From Candidatus Methanophagaceae archaeon (GTDB lineage Archaea; Halobacteriota; Syntropharchaeia; Alkanophagales; Methanospirareceae): 32,000 nt of DNA. The notes beneath the pieces were generated by a model that was not told the DNA's origin, did no database searches, and saw nothing but the letters and a program-made list of their open reading frames with translations. This document shows, piece after piece, positions 23,751-31,264 of the stretch. The number at the start of each line of letters is the position of its first letter. Within the stretch, counting starts at the first letter, position 1. Where the stretch lies: the NCBI GenBank assembly GCA_003194425.1, contig PQXB01000002.1, positions 1 through 32,000 on the forward strand, in the 5' to 3' direction. Both the position numbers and the translations under genes were made by a program.

Positions 23751-24440
23751 ATGGAAACGATGCAAACAACAGATATTGGAATAATGGATCAGGTAAAAAA
23801 GGGGACGACTACGGTTGGTTTAATCTGTGGTAGCGACGGCAACGGAGGAGAAGGCGGTGTAGGCGGCGTGGTGCTGGCGAGTGAGAAGCGTGCGACGATG
23901 GGCTCTTTTATCGCGTCAAAAGCAGCGAAGAAGATTTACCAGCTCGACGACCGAATAGGAATGACGACTGCGGGAATAGTGGGCGACGCACAGACTTTGG
24001 TTCGGATAATGACCGTGGAAGCGAGGCTGTACAAGATAAGAAGGCAGGAGCCGATGACTGTGCGGGGGATGACGACGCTGCTCTCTAATGTGCTGAGCGG
24101 GCAGAGATATTTTCCGTTCATTGTGCAACTCCTCGTCGGCGGAATTGACCGGAAAGGGGCACACATATTCTCGATTGACCCCTTTGGAGGCAACACTGAG
24201 GAGAAGGAGATTGCCGCGACCGGCTCGGGCTCGCCGATTGCCTACGGCGTGCTTGAGGACAGGTATTCAAAGGAAATGTCAGTGGAGGACGCGACAGGGC
24301 TTGCGATACAGGCGTTGCATTTCGCGATGCGGCGGGACAGTGCCTCGGGGGAGGAGATTGGAGTGGTAAGGATAACGAAGGAGAAATATGAAGAGGTAAG
24401 TAAAGAGAAGGTGAAAGAGCTGAGGGCTTCGTTTAATTGA
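23751..24440 (+). CDS. psmB: Proteasome beta subunit
   Basis: Propeptide followed by the catalytic G|TTTVGL. Typical GIVGDAQ and ATGSGS motifs. Confidence 0.92.
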   Translation: METMQTTDIGIMDQVKKGTTTVGLICGSDGNGGEGGVGGVVLASEKRATMGSFIASKAAKKIYQLDDRIGMTTAGIVGDAQTLVRIMTVEARLYKIRRQEPMTVRGMTTLLSNVLSGQRYFPFIVQLLVGGIDRKGAHIFSIDPFGGNTEEKEIAATGSGSPIAYGVLEDRYSKEMSVEDATGLAIQALHFAMRRDSASGEEIGVVRITKEKYEEVSKEKVKELRASFN

Positions 24441-24450
24441 TTTTTTGGTT
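24441..24450 (+). terminator. Oligo-T tract immediately after the psmB stop
   Basis: TTTTTTGGTT directly follows TGA (24438-24440). Oligo-T is the usual archaeal termination signal. Confidence 0.4.
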
Positions 24451-24526
24451 TGCGGTTTGTTGAGAATTTAGAGAAGAAGGTTTTGTAGGCGAGGCGAAGG
24501 AAGGAGGGTTAGGGGTTAGGTAGGAA

Positions 24527-26455
24527 ATGTCAGCAGAACAGAGGCTTTTAGAGTTAAAGCGGCGAATAGAGGAGTTGTTACCAGCAGGGGTGGGCTTTAG
24601 CGAGGTGGAGTTTGAGGGTCCTGAACTCGTTATTTACAGCGAGGACGCGCAGAAATTCGCGGACGACGGTGCGATTGTCAGGACACTGGCGAAGGAGTTG
24701 AAGAAGCGGATTTCGGTCAGACCGAGTGCAGAGATGCTGATGAAGCCGGAGAATGCGTCAAAGGCGATTTACGAAATCGTGCCCGAGGACGGAGGGATAA
24801 AAGACATTTATTTCGACCTCGACAAGGCGGAGGTAATAATTGAGGCGGAGCGGCCGGGGCTGGTAATCGGGACGCACGGAGCGACGCTAAAAGAAGTAGC
24901 GAAAGTGATTGGCTGGCGACCCAGCGTCATCCGAGCACCGCCAATTCAGTCCGCGATAATAAAAAGCATTCGGCGGTATTTACGCGAGGAGAGCGAGTTC
25001 AGAAAGGGTTTCTTGAAGCGGACAGGTCGGCGAATTTACAGGGACAGCGACAGAACCAGCGACAGAACCAGCGAGAAGACGAGAAGGGACGACTGGGTGC
25101 GTGTAACAATGCTGGGGGGGTGCAAGGAAGTGGGTAGGAACGCGTTCCAACTTTCTACGCCCGAGACGCGGGTTTTAATAGACTGCGGCGTGAGTGTTGG
25201 GTCAGAGGGGACGCCTTACTTGTACGTTCCCGAGGTGACGCCGATTCGAGACATCGACGCGGTCGTGATCACGCACGCACACTTAGACCACACAGGTTTA
25301 ATACCGCTCTTGTTTCAGTACGAGTACGACGGTCCGATTTACACAACGCCGCCGACGAGGGATTTAATGACGCTTCTGCTGCTCGACTACCTTGAGGTCT
25401 CGGTGCGGGAGGGGAAGCGGATTCCTTACAAGTCCGCCCGAATAAGAGACGCGGTGAGGCACACGATTCTGCTGAACTACGGCGAGGTGACGGACATTTC
25501 GCCGGACTTGAAACTCACTTTTTACAACGCAGGGCACATTCTCGGCTCTGCGATCGCGTACTTCAACATCGGGAACGGGCGTTACAACCTCGCGTTCAGC
25601 GGAGACATAAAATATGAACGCACACTTCTCTTCGACCCCGCGTTCAACGGCTTCCCAAAACTCGACGGGCTGGTGCTGGAATCGACCTACGGCGGTGCGA
25701 ACGACTTTCAGCCGTCGCGGCGCGAGGCGGAGAAGAACTTGAAGGACGACATTGAGCGGACGATAAAAAGGGGTGGTAAAGTTGTAATTCCTGCTTTCGC
25801 GGTCGGCAGGTCGCAGGAGGTGATGTTGGCGTTGGAGCGGCTGCGGTTGGAGGTGCCAGTTTATTTGGACGGGATGATTTGGGAGGCGACTGCTGTCCAC
25901 ACCGCGCACCCTGAGTACCTCAACAAAAAACTGAAGACTTCAATATTCAAGGGCGAGAACCCGTTCTTGTCCGATGTTTTTGTGCAGGTGGACGACGCAG
26001 AGAAGCGGAGGGCGATAATCGAGGGGCGAGAGGAGGGGAAAGAGCCGTGCGTCATTCTCGCCACCTCAGGAATGTTGAACGGCGGTCCGGTCTTGGAATA
26101 CCTGAAAGGGCTGGCAAGCGACGAGAAGAACATGCTCATTTTCGTGGGCTACCAGGCGGAAGGCACACTCGGACGGCGGATTCAGAAGGGCTGGAAGGAG
26201 GTGCCGCTTTCAGATGCGGGCAAAATAAGGAATATTAAAATGAAAATGGAGACGAAGACGATCGACGGCTTCTCGGGACATTCGGACCGCAACCAACTGC
26301 TCGAATTCGTGAAGGGCATTCGACCGCTGCCGTCGAAGGTGATTTGCGTTCACGGCGAGAGTAGCAAATGCGTGGCGTTGGCGAGCGGAATTCACAGGAA
26401 GTTCAGCATCGAGACGGCGGCGCCGATGAATTTGGAGACCTTGAGGCTGGTCTGA
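24527..26455 (+). CDS. fttA: aCPSF1 / FttA beta-CASP ribonuclease (KH + metallo-beta-lactamase + beta-CASP)
   Basis: N-terminal KH-type region (GLVIGTHGATLKEV), MBL motif VITHAHLDHTG, beta-CASP and C-terminal GFSGHSD, HGE. Adjacency to psmB is the arrangement commonly seen in archaea. Linker repeat DRTSDRTSE. Confidence 0.92.
   Translation: MSAEQRLLELKRRIEELLPAGVGFSEVEFEGPELVIYSEDAQKFADDGAIVRTLAKELKKRISVRPSAEMLMKPENASKAIYEIVPEDGGIKDIYFDLDKAEVIIEAERPGLVIGTHGATLKEVAKVIGWRPSVIRAPPIQSAIIKSIRRYLREESEFRKGFLKRTGRRIYRDSDRTSDRTSEKTRRDDWVRVTMLGGCKEVGRNAFQLSTPETRVLIDCGVSVGSEGTPYLYVPEVTPIRDIDAVVITHAHLDHTGLIPLLFQYEYDGPIYTTPPTRDLMTLLLLDYLEVSVREGKRIPYKSARIRDAVRHTILLNYGEVTDISPDLKLTFYNAGHILGSAIAYFNIGNGRYNLAFSGDIKYERTLLFDPAFNGFPKLDGLVLESTYGGANDFQPSRREAEKNLKDDIERTIKRGGKVVIPAFAVGRSQEVMLALERLRLEVPVYLDGMIWEATAVHTAHPEYLNKKLKTSIFKGENPFLSDVFVQVDDAEKRRAIIEGREEGKEPCVILATSGMLNGGPVLEYLKGLASDEKNMLIFVGYQAEGTLGRRIQKGWKEVPLSDAGKIRNIKMKMETKTIDGFSGHSDRNQLLEFVKGIRPLPSKVICVHGESSKCVALASGIHRKFSIETAAPMNLETLRLV
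25046..25080 (+). repeat. 12-bp x2.9 in-frame repeat (agcgacagaacc) encoding SDRTSDRTSEKT
   Basis: Read directly. Lies in the KH-MBL linker of aCPSF1. Confidence 0.9.
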
Positions 26456-26512
26456 AGAGGCTGGTCTGAAGAGGCTGGTCTGAAGAGGCTGGTCTGAAGA
26501 GGCTGGTCTGAA
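26443..26512 (+). repeat. 14-bp x5 perfect tandem repeat (gaggctggtctgaa) starting in the last codons of aCPSF1
   Basis: Five identical units. Unit 1 contains codons RLV and the TGA stop (26453-26455). TGA recurs every 14 nt, so it appears in all three frames. Confidence 0.97.
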
Positions 26513-26560
26513 CTTTGATGTTTAAAGAGAAGGGAGAATAAAAAAGGAAAGGAGAAGAAA

Positions 26561-27397
26561 ATGACGAGCATAAGAGAGAGAATGGAAAGTATGGGAATCG
26601 GCAAGCGGATAAGAATGGAGCGGATTGTGGAGCGGAAGAGCGGGAGGAGTGTGATTGTTCCGATGGATCACGGCGTGACTTTGGGACCGATTGAGGGGCT
26701 GACCGATATGAAGCGGGCGGTGAACGCAGTGGCAGAAGGAGGAGCAAACGCGGTCCTCGTGCACAAAGGCATCGTAATCGCGGGGCATCGCGGCTACGGC
26801 AAGGACATCGGACTCATAATTCACCTCTCCGCCAGCACTTCGCTTGGTCCCGACCCGCTGAACAAGGTTATGGTCGCGACGGTGGAGGAGGCAGTGAGGT
26901 TAGGAGCAGACGCGGTCTCAATGCATTTGAACGTGGGTGCCGAGAGCGAGGCGGAGATGCTCGAGGAGCTGGGCGAGACCACAATGGTCTGCGAGGAGTG
27001 GGGAATGCCGCTCTTGGCGATGATGTACCCGCGGGGGAAGAAGGTGAATGAGACGGCGAAAGGCGAGCACGGGGTGGAAATGGTAAAGCACGTGGCTCGT
27101 GTGGGCGCGGAACTTGGGGCAGATGTTATAAAAACGAACTACACCGGCGACCCCGATTCGTTCAAGGAGGTCGTAGAGAGTTGTCCGGTGCCGGTAATAA
27201 TTGCGGGCGGTCCGAAGGCGAGCACTGACGCGGAAGTGCTGGAAATGGTGGAGGACGCGGTCTCAGTCGGCGCCGCGGGTGTCTCAATCGGCAGGAATGT
27301 CTTTCAGCACTCAAGCCCGACGAAGATGACAATTGCGATAAGCAAAGTAGTGCACGAGGGCGTTTCCGCGGAAGAGGCGTTGGAGACGCTGAAGTGA
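26561..27397 (+). CDS. aroA': 2-amino-3,7-dideoxy-D-threo-hept-6-ulosonate synthase (AroA', class I aldolase family)
   Basis: [25 protein letters not shown], the Schiff-base region DVIKTNYTG, and IAGGPK. Immediately followed by the AroB' gene. Confidence 0.8.
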   Translation: MTSIRERMESMGIGKRIRMERIVERKSGRSVIVPMDHGVTLGPIEGLTDMKRAVNAVAEGGANAVLVHKGIVIAGHRGYGKDIGLIIHLSASTSLGPDPLNKVMVATVEEAVRLGADAVSMHLNVGAESEAEMLEELGETTMVCEEWGMPLLAMMYPRGKKVNETAKGEHGVEMVKHVARVGAELGADVIKTNYTGDPDSFKEVVESCPVPVIIAGGPKASTDAEVLEMVEDAVSVGAAGVSIGRNVFQHSSPTKMTIAISKVVHEGVSAEEALETLK

Positions 27398-27453
27398 GTA
27401 AAAGTGAGTAGAAGTGAGTAAAGGCGAGTAGAAGTGAGTAAAGGCGAGTAGAA
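27394..27453 (+). repeat. 10-bp x6 tandem repeat (GTGAGTARAR / GCGAGTAGAA) filling the whole aroA'-aroB' spacer
   Basis: Starts at the G before the TGA stop (27395-27397) and ends 2 nt before ATG 27456. Every unit carries TAA or TAG, and four of the six also carry TGA. Confidence 0.95.
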
Positions 27454-27455
27454 AA

Positions 27456-28694
27456 ATGAAAAAAGAAAAGGAGGTGTGGGTAAAAGCGGACAGAGAAGTG
27501 GGAGCGTGGGAGGCGCGGAAAGCAAGAATTACAACCGGCTTGGAGTCAGGGGCAGACGCGGTGCTTGTAGAGAGAGAGGACGTAGCGAAGGTGAGGGAGC
27601 TGGGTCGGATAAAAATCGCTGCGTTTGCGGCTGAGACGAAGTTAGAAGGAGAAGAAGACGCAAAAGAAGAGGCGGAGGTTGTTGTCTTTGGGAGAGGGAG
27701 CGAAGGGGACGGAACGAAGCCGATTCCCACGGGACTGGACGAATCCAGAGTCTTGGGTGCGTTGAAAAGAAGTTTTGGCAGGCGAGGGAAGACTAAAACG
27801 GCGGGGTACGTGGAAATACGAGGGAAGGAGTACGAGCGGTTTGCGGTTGGTCTCGCGGACTACTGCGATTATGTGGTTGTGGTCGGGAAGGACTGGAAAA
27901 TAATCCCGCTGGAAAATATAATCGCGGAACTGCAGCACAAGGAGGTGCAGGTGGTCGCAGGTGTGCAGACTGCGGAAGAGGCGAGGACTGCGTTTGAAAC
28001 GCTTGAGTACGGTGCCGACGGCGTTCTTCTTGACACCGACGACCCGTCTGAAATAAAACGAGCGGTGGAAGTGCGGGAAGCGAGCAAACAAGGAAAAATC
28101 GCTCTTTCTACCGCGAAGGTAACAAAAGTGGCGGAACTTGAAATGGGCGACCGTGTCTGCGTAGACACCTGCTCCTTGATGACGCAAGGGGAGGGAATGC
28201 TGGTGGGTTCGCAGTCGTTTGCGTTCTTCCTCGTGCACTCGGAGTCGGAGGAGAGCCCTTATGTGGCGGCGAGACCGTTCCGCGTGAACGCGGGCTGCGT
28301 TTACGCTTACATTCTGGTCGGCGGGGTCGGCGGCGGTGGGAGGACGAGATATTTGTCGGAGTTGAAGTCTGGGGACGAGGTCTTGGTTGTGAATTCAGAG
28401 GGCGGAGCGAGAAAGGCGGTGGTCGGTAGGGCGAAGATCGAGAAGCGACCGCTAATGCTCGTTGAGGCAGAGGTGGCGACGGGAGGAGACGGGGAGAAAG
28501 CGAAGAGGAAGAGGAAGTGCAGCATAATTCTTCAGAACGCGGAGACGATAAAACTGGTAGGAACGACAAAAGCAGAAAAGAAGCCGATTTCTGTGGTTGA
28601 TTTGAAGCCTGGCGACGAGGTCCTGGTTCACGTTCCTGAAGCAGTGGCTCGGCATTTCGGGATCGCTGTTGAGGAGGCGGTGATCGAGAAGTAG
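27456..28694 (+). CDS. aroB': 3-dehydroquinate synthase II (AroB')
   Basis: VWVKAD...[21 protein letters not shown] start and overall pattern match type II DHQ synthase. Paired with aroA'. Contains Gly-rich and Lys-rich inserts. Confidence 0.85.
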   Translation: MKKEKEVWVKADREVGAWEARKARITTGLESGADAVLVEREDVAKVRELGRIKIAAFAAETKLEGEEDAKEEAEVVVFGRGSEGDGTKPIPTGLDESRVLGALKRSFGRRGKTKTAGYVEIRGKEYERFAVGLADYCDYVVVVGKDWKIIPLENIIAELQHKEVQVVAGVQTAEEARTAFETLEYGADGVLLDTDDPSEIKRAVEVREASKQGKIALSTAKVTKVAELEMGDRVCVDTCSLMTQGEGMLVGSQSFAFFLVHSESEESPYVAARPFRVNAGCVYAYILVGGVGGGGRTRYLSELKSGDEVLVVNSEGGARKAVVGRAKIEKRPLMLVEAEVATGGDGEKAKRKRKCSIILQNAETIKLVGTTKAEKKPISVVDLKPGDEVLVHVPEAVARHFGIAVEEAVIEK

Positions 28695-28721
28695 AAGAAA
28701 AAAGTCAAAATTTTGAATAAA

Positions 28722-29405
28722 ATGATTCCAATCGCGAAACCGGTATTTGGCGAGGAAGAGTTAAACGCAGTAAAAGAGGTTTTAGCCTCGGGATTTGTCG
28801 TGCAAGGCAGGAGAGTAGAGGAATTTGAGACAGCGTTCTCAGACTACCTCAATCTCGGTCACGCAGTCGCGGTCGCCAACGGGACAGTCGCCCTTGACCT
28901 CGCACTCAAGGCTGCGGGAATTAAACGCGGAGACGAGGTCGTCGTCCCTTCGTTCAGCTTCGTCTCCACCGCGAACGCGGTCCTGTTTCAAGGAGCAAAG
29001 CCGGTCTTCGCGGATTTGGAGGAGGAGAAGAGCGAGAGCGAGAGAACCTTTAACCTTTCTCCAAACGATGTTTTAGAGAAACTGACCGAGCGGACAAAAG
29101 CGGTCGTCGGCGTGCACCTCTTCGGGCATCCGTTTGATGTGCGGGCGATTCAGGAAATCTGCGAGGACCACGACCTAATTTTAATTGAGGACTGCGCGCA
29201 GGCTCACGGTGCAGAGTACGAGGGCAAGAGAGTGGGCGGGTTCGGGACCGCGGGTTGCTTCTCCTTCTACGCCACAAAAAATATGACCACTGGGGAAGGA
29301 GGAATGGTAACAACCGAGAGCGACGAAGTAGCGAGGCTCTGCAAGCTGCTCAGAAATCACGGCGAAGGCGGCGGCGTTTCTTTGCTCGTTTCTTTGCTTG
29401 TTTGA
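28722..29405 (+). pseudogene. DegT/DnrJ/EryC1/StrS-family aminotransferase, 3'-truncated
   Basis: MIPIAKPVFGEEEL..., GTVALDLALKA, FYATKNMTTGEGGM (PLP lysine region) and LRNHGE are normal. The sequence then runs into GGGVSLLVSLLV* at about 228 aa, where family members are usually about 360-390 aa. Confidence 0.7.
29375..29398. repeat. 12-bp x2 perfect tandem repeat (cgtttctttgct) at the DegT truncation point
   Basis: Read directly. Preceded by GGCGGCGGC and followed by the premature TGA (29403-29405) and a 120-bp AT-rich patch. Confidence 0.95.
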
Positions 29406-29528
29406 TTTCAAATTAAAATTCGCTTCATATTTTTTTAATTCTCTCAAATCAAAACGCATCTGCCCGCTTGCTGCAATCTCTGCTTTAATAATTTTTCTAT
29501 TCGCAAGGCGATGAAGCGACTCTGTCAT
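29403..29528 (-). other. Short ORF or fragment with an excisionase/HTH_17-like wing, ATGA-coupled to the DUF35 gene
   Basis: MTESLHRLANRKIIKAEIAASGQMRFDLRELKKYEANFNLK... resembles the C-terminal half of MerR/excisionase-type HTH proteins (..YRL...G.I.A.KIG...RF....L..Y). The rest of the track ORF (to 29181) is antisense to DegT and is not credible. Confidence 0.25.
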
Positions 29529-29959
29529 TCTGTAACCTCAAAAACAGGGCACGAGTGAGCCCCGCCCGAGAATTTGTCGCCTTTGTAGGTGTACGCTCCA
29601 CTCATCCGCACTCGCTTGCCCAGCAGTTCCTGCGCCGCTTGCGTAGCACGCTCGGCGTCGTAGTCAAGCCGTCCTACAACGCAAGGCCCCTCCTCAGTCT
29701 TCACCAGGCAAGGAATGTAGGGGACCTCCCCCTCAAAACCCTCGGACGGCACGCGAATTACCGTAAAAGTCGTCAACTCCCCAGCACCGCTCAACTTCGT
29801 CCTCTCAAGGCTCCGCCCCCCGCACCACTGACAAACAGGCATTGGGTGGCAGGTTACTCCGCCGCAGGACGCACACCGCAGCCCCAACAACTTCCCGCTC
29901 CTCAATCCTTCTTCGTACTCGGAAAGAGTTAGCATTTTCTCTTGCTCTTTTTCTACCAT
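29525..29959 (-). CDS. DUF35 zinc-ribbon/OB-fold protein (thiolase-associated)
   Basis: CASCGG....CQWCGG rubredoxin-like ribbon followed by an OB-fold region. Starts 3 nt after the thiolase stop. Confidence 0.8.
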   Translation of the reverse strand: MVEKEQEKMLTLSEYEEGLRSGKLLGLRCASCGGVTCHPMPVCQWCGGRSLERTKLSGAGELTTFTVIRVPSEGFEGEVPYIPCLVKTEEGPCVVGRLDYDAERATQAAQELLGKRVRMSGAYTYKGDKFSGGAHSCPVFEVTE

Positions 29960-29962
29960 TTT

Positions 29963-31165
29963 TTATTTCCTCCTTTTCGACCGCCCAAGAATAAGGTGGC
30001 AGAGCGTCCCGAAGTCGCCCCCAAGGGTGTCGGTCATTCCGTACTCAGGAACAGGGTCGATTTGAATTCCTTTCGGTGCTTCGCCACGCATCTGCTTAAC
30101 GACCCAGTAGACCTGCGACGCCCCTGTCGCTCCGATTGGGTGTCCTCTGCCGAGCAGCCCGCCAGACGCGTTTACAGGTATTTTCCCGTCCCTCTCGGTC
30201 TGCCCGTCTGCGGTCGCGTCTGCCGCCTCACCCCACCCGAAGAAGCCCATTCCTTCAAGCGCGATTAATTCCGCAATCGTAAAACAGTCGTGAAGTTCGA
30301 GCACGTCAATCTCCGAAGGCTCGAGCCCCGCACGCTTAAACGCCATTCTCGCAGAACTCACCCTCGAAGCAGGCTTTGTCAAGTCCCCGCCAGCCATTTT
30401 TGAGAGCGCACCGCCCGACCCCTGCCCCGTGCCAAGCACAAAAACAGGCTCGTCCGTGTACTTCCGCGCCTCCTCCGCGGAGCAGAGCACGAGAGCAGCA
30501 GCACCGTCTGAGAAAGGGCAGCAGTCCAACAGCGTCAGCGGGTCCGCCACAAACCTCGAATTTACCACTTCCTCCACCTTCAGGTCCCCCATTTTCCCGT
30601 AGAACTGCGCCAGCGGGTTTAACGCCCCTTGCCTGTGGTTCTTAACCGAGACGAGTGCCATTTTCTCACGCAGCTCTTCCAGCGGCACGCCGTAATTCTT
30701 AGAGTACTGCAACGCCGCCATTCCGAAGACTCCTGGGAAAGTGAGCCCCGCTGGTCCCTCGGTCGGTGCGTGGCACGCCATCGAGAAAGTCCGCGTCGCA
30801 AAGAGCGTCCCCATCGTCAACGCCCTCTCTACGCCCCCCGCCAGCACAACATCAAACTCCCCAGCAGCGACCCACATCGCCGCCTCGCGCACTGCAATCG
30901 ACGCCGACGCGCACGCTCCCTCGTACCTCGTCGCAGGCACAGGACTCAGCCCGAGCTCGCCAGCAGAGAAGGCTGCGGGCATTACCTGCCCCTCCTCGAA
31001 ACCAGGCAGCGCCGAACCCTGAAACAACGCCTCCACATCCTTCAATTCCACGCCCGCGTCGTCTACCGCCTGCAACGCCGCCTCTGAGAAGAGCTCAAGC
31101 CCCTTCTTCGTCTTCGCTCGCCCGAACTTCGTGTGCCCAACTCCAATTATCGCTACATCCCTCAT
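29963..31165 (-). CDS. Acetyl-CoA acetyltransferase (archaeal SCP-x-type thiolase)
   Basis: True start is MRDVAIIGVGHTKFG at 31165, preceded by GAAGGAGGAG. The active-site region GACASASIAV is present, along with CFTIAE and NASGGLLGRGHPIGATG. The 54-codon N-terminal extension in the track ORF is spurious. Confidence 0.88.
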   Translation of the reverse strand: MRDVAIIGVGHTKFGRAKTKKGLELFSEAALQAVDDAGVELKDVEALFQGSALPGFEEGQVMPAAFSAGELGLSPVPATRYEGACASASIAVREAAMWVAAGEFDVVLAGGVERALTMGTLFATRTFSMACHAPTEGPAGLTFPGVFGMAALQYSKNYGVPLEELREKMALVSVKNHRQGALNPLAQFYGKMGDLKVEEVVNSRFVADPLTLLDCCPFSDGAAALVLCSAEEARKYTDEPVFVLGTGQGSGGALSKMAGGDLTKPASRVSSARMAFKRAGLEPSEIDVLELHDCFTIAELIALEGMGFFGWGEAADATADGQTERDGKIPVNASGGLLGRGHPIGATGASQVYWVVKQMRGEAPKGIQIDPVPEYGMTDTLGGDFGTLCHLILGRSKRRK

Positions 31166-31212
31166 TTGCTCCTCCTTCTCTTTGCTCCTCCTTCTCTTTG
31201 CTTCTCCTTCTC
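31165..31212 (-). repeat. 16-bp x3 tandem repeat duplicating the thiolase Shine-Dalgarno and start context
   Basis: The minus strand reads GAGAAGGAGAAGCAAA GAGAAGGAGGAGCAAA GAGAAGGAGGAGCAAA-TG. The last A of the proximal unit is the A of the ATG (31165). Confidence 0.95.
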
Positions 31213-31264
31213 CTTTCTCCCCCTTCTTAACTAAACCTAATAAAAATATAATAAACCAAAAAAT

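Noticed and set aside
26443-26512. Possible CRISPR array (regularly spaced identical repeats). The same question applies to 13763-13822 and 27394-27453.
   Set aside because: Units are only 7-14 bp and directly abut one another with no spacers. No cas genes are present. These are simple tandem repeats.
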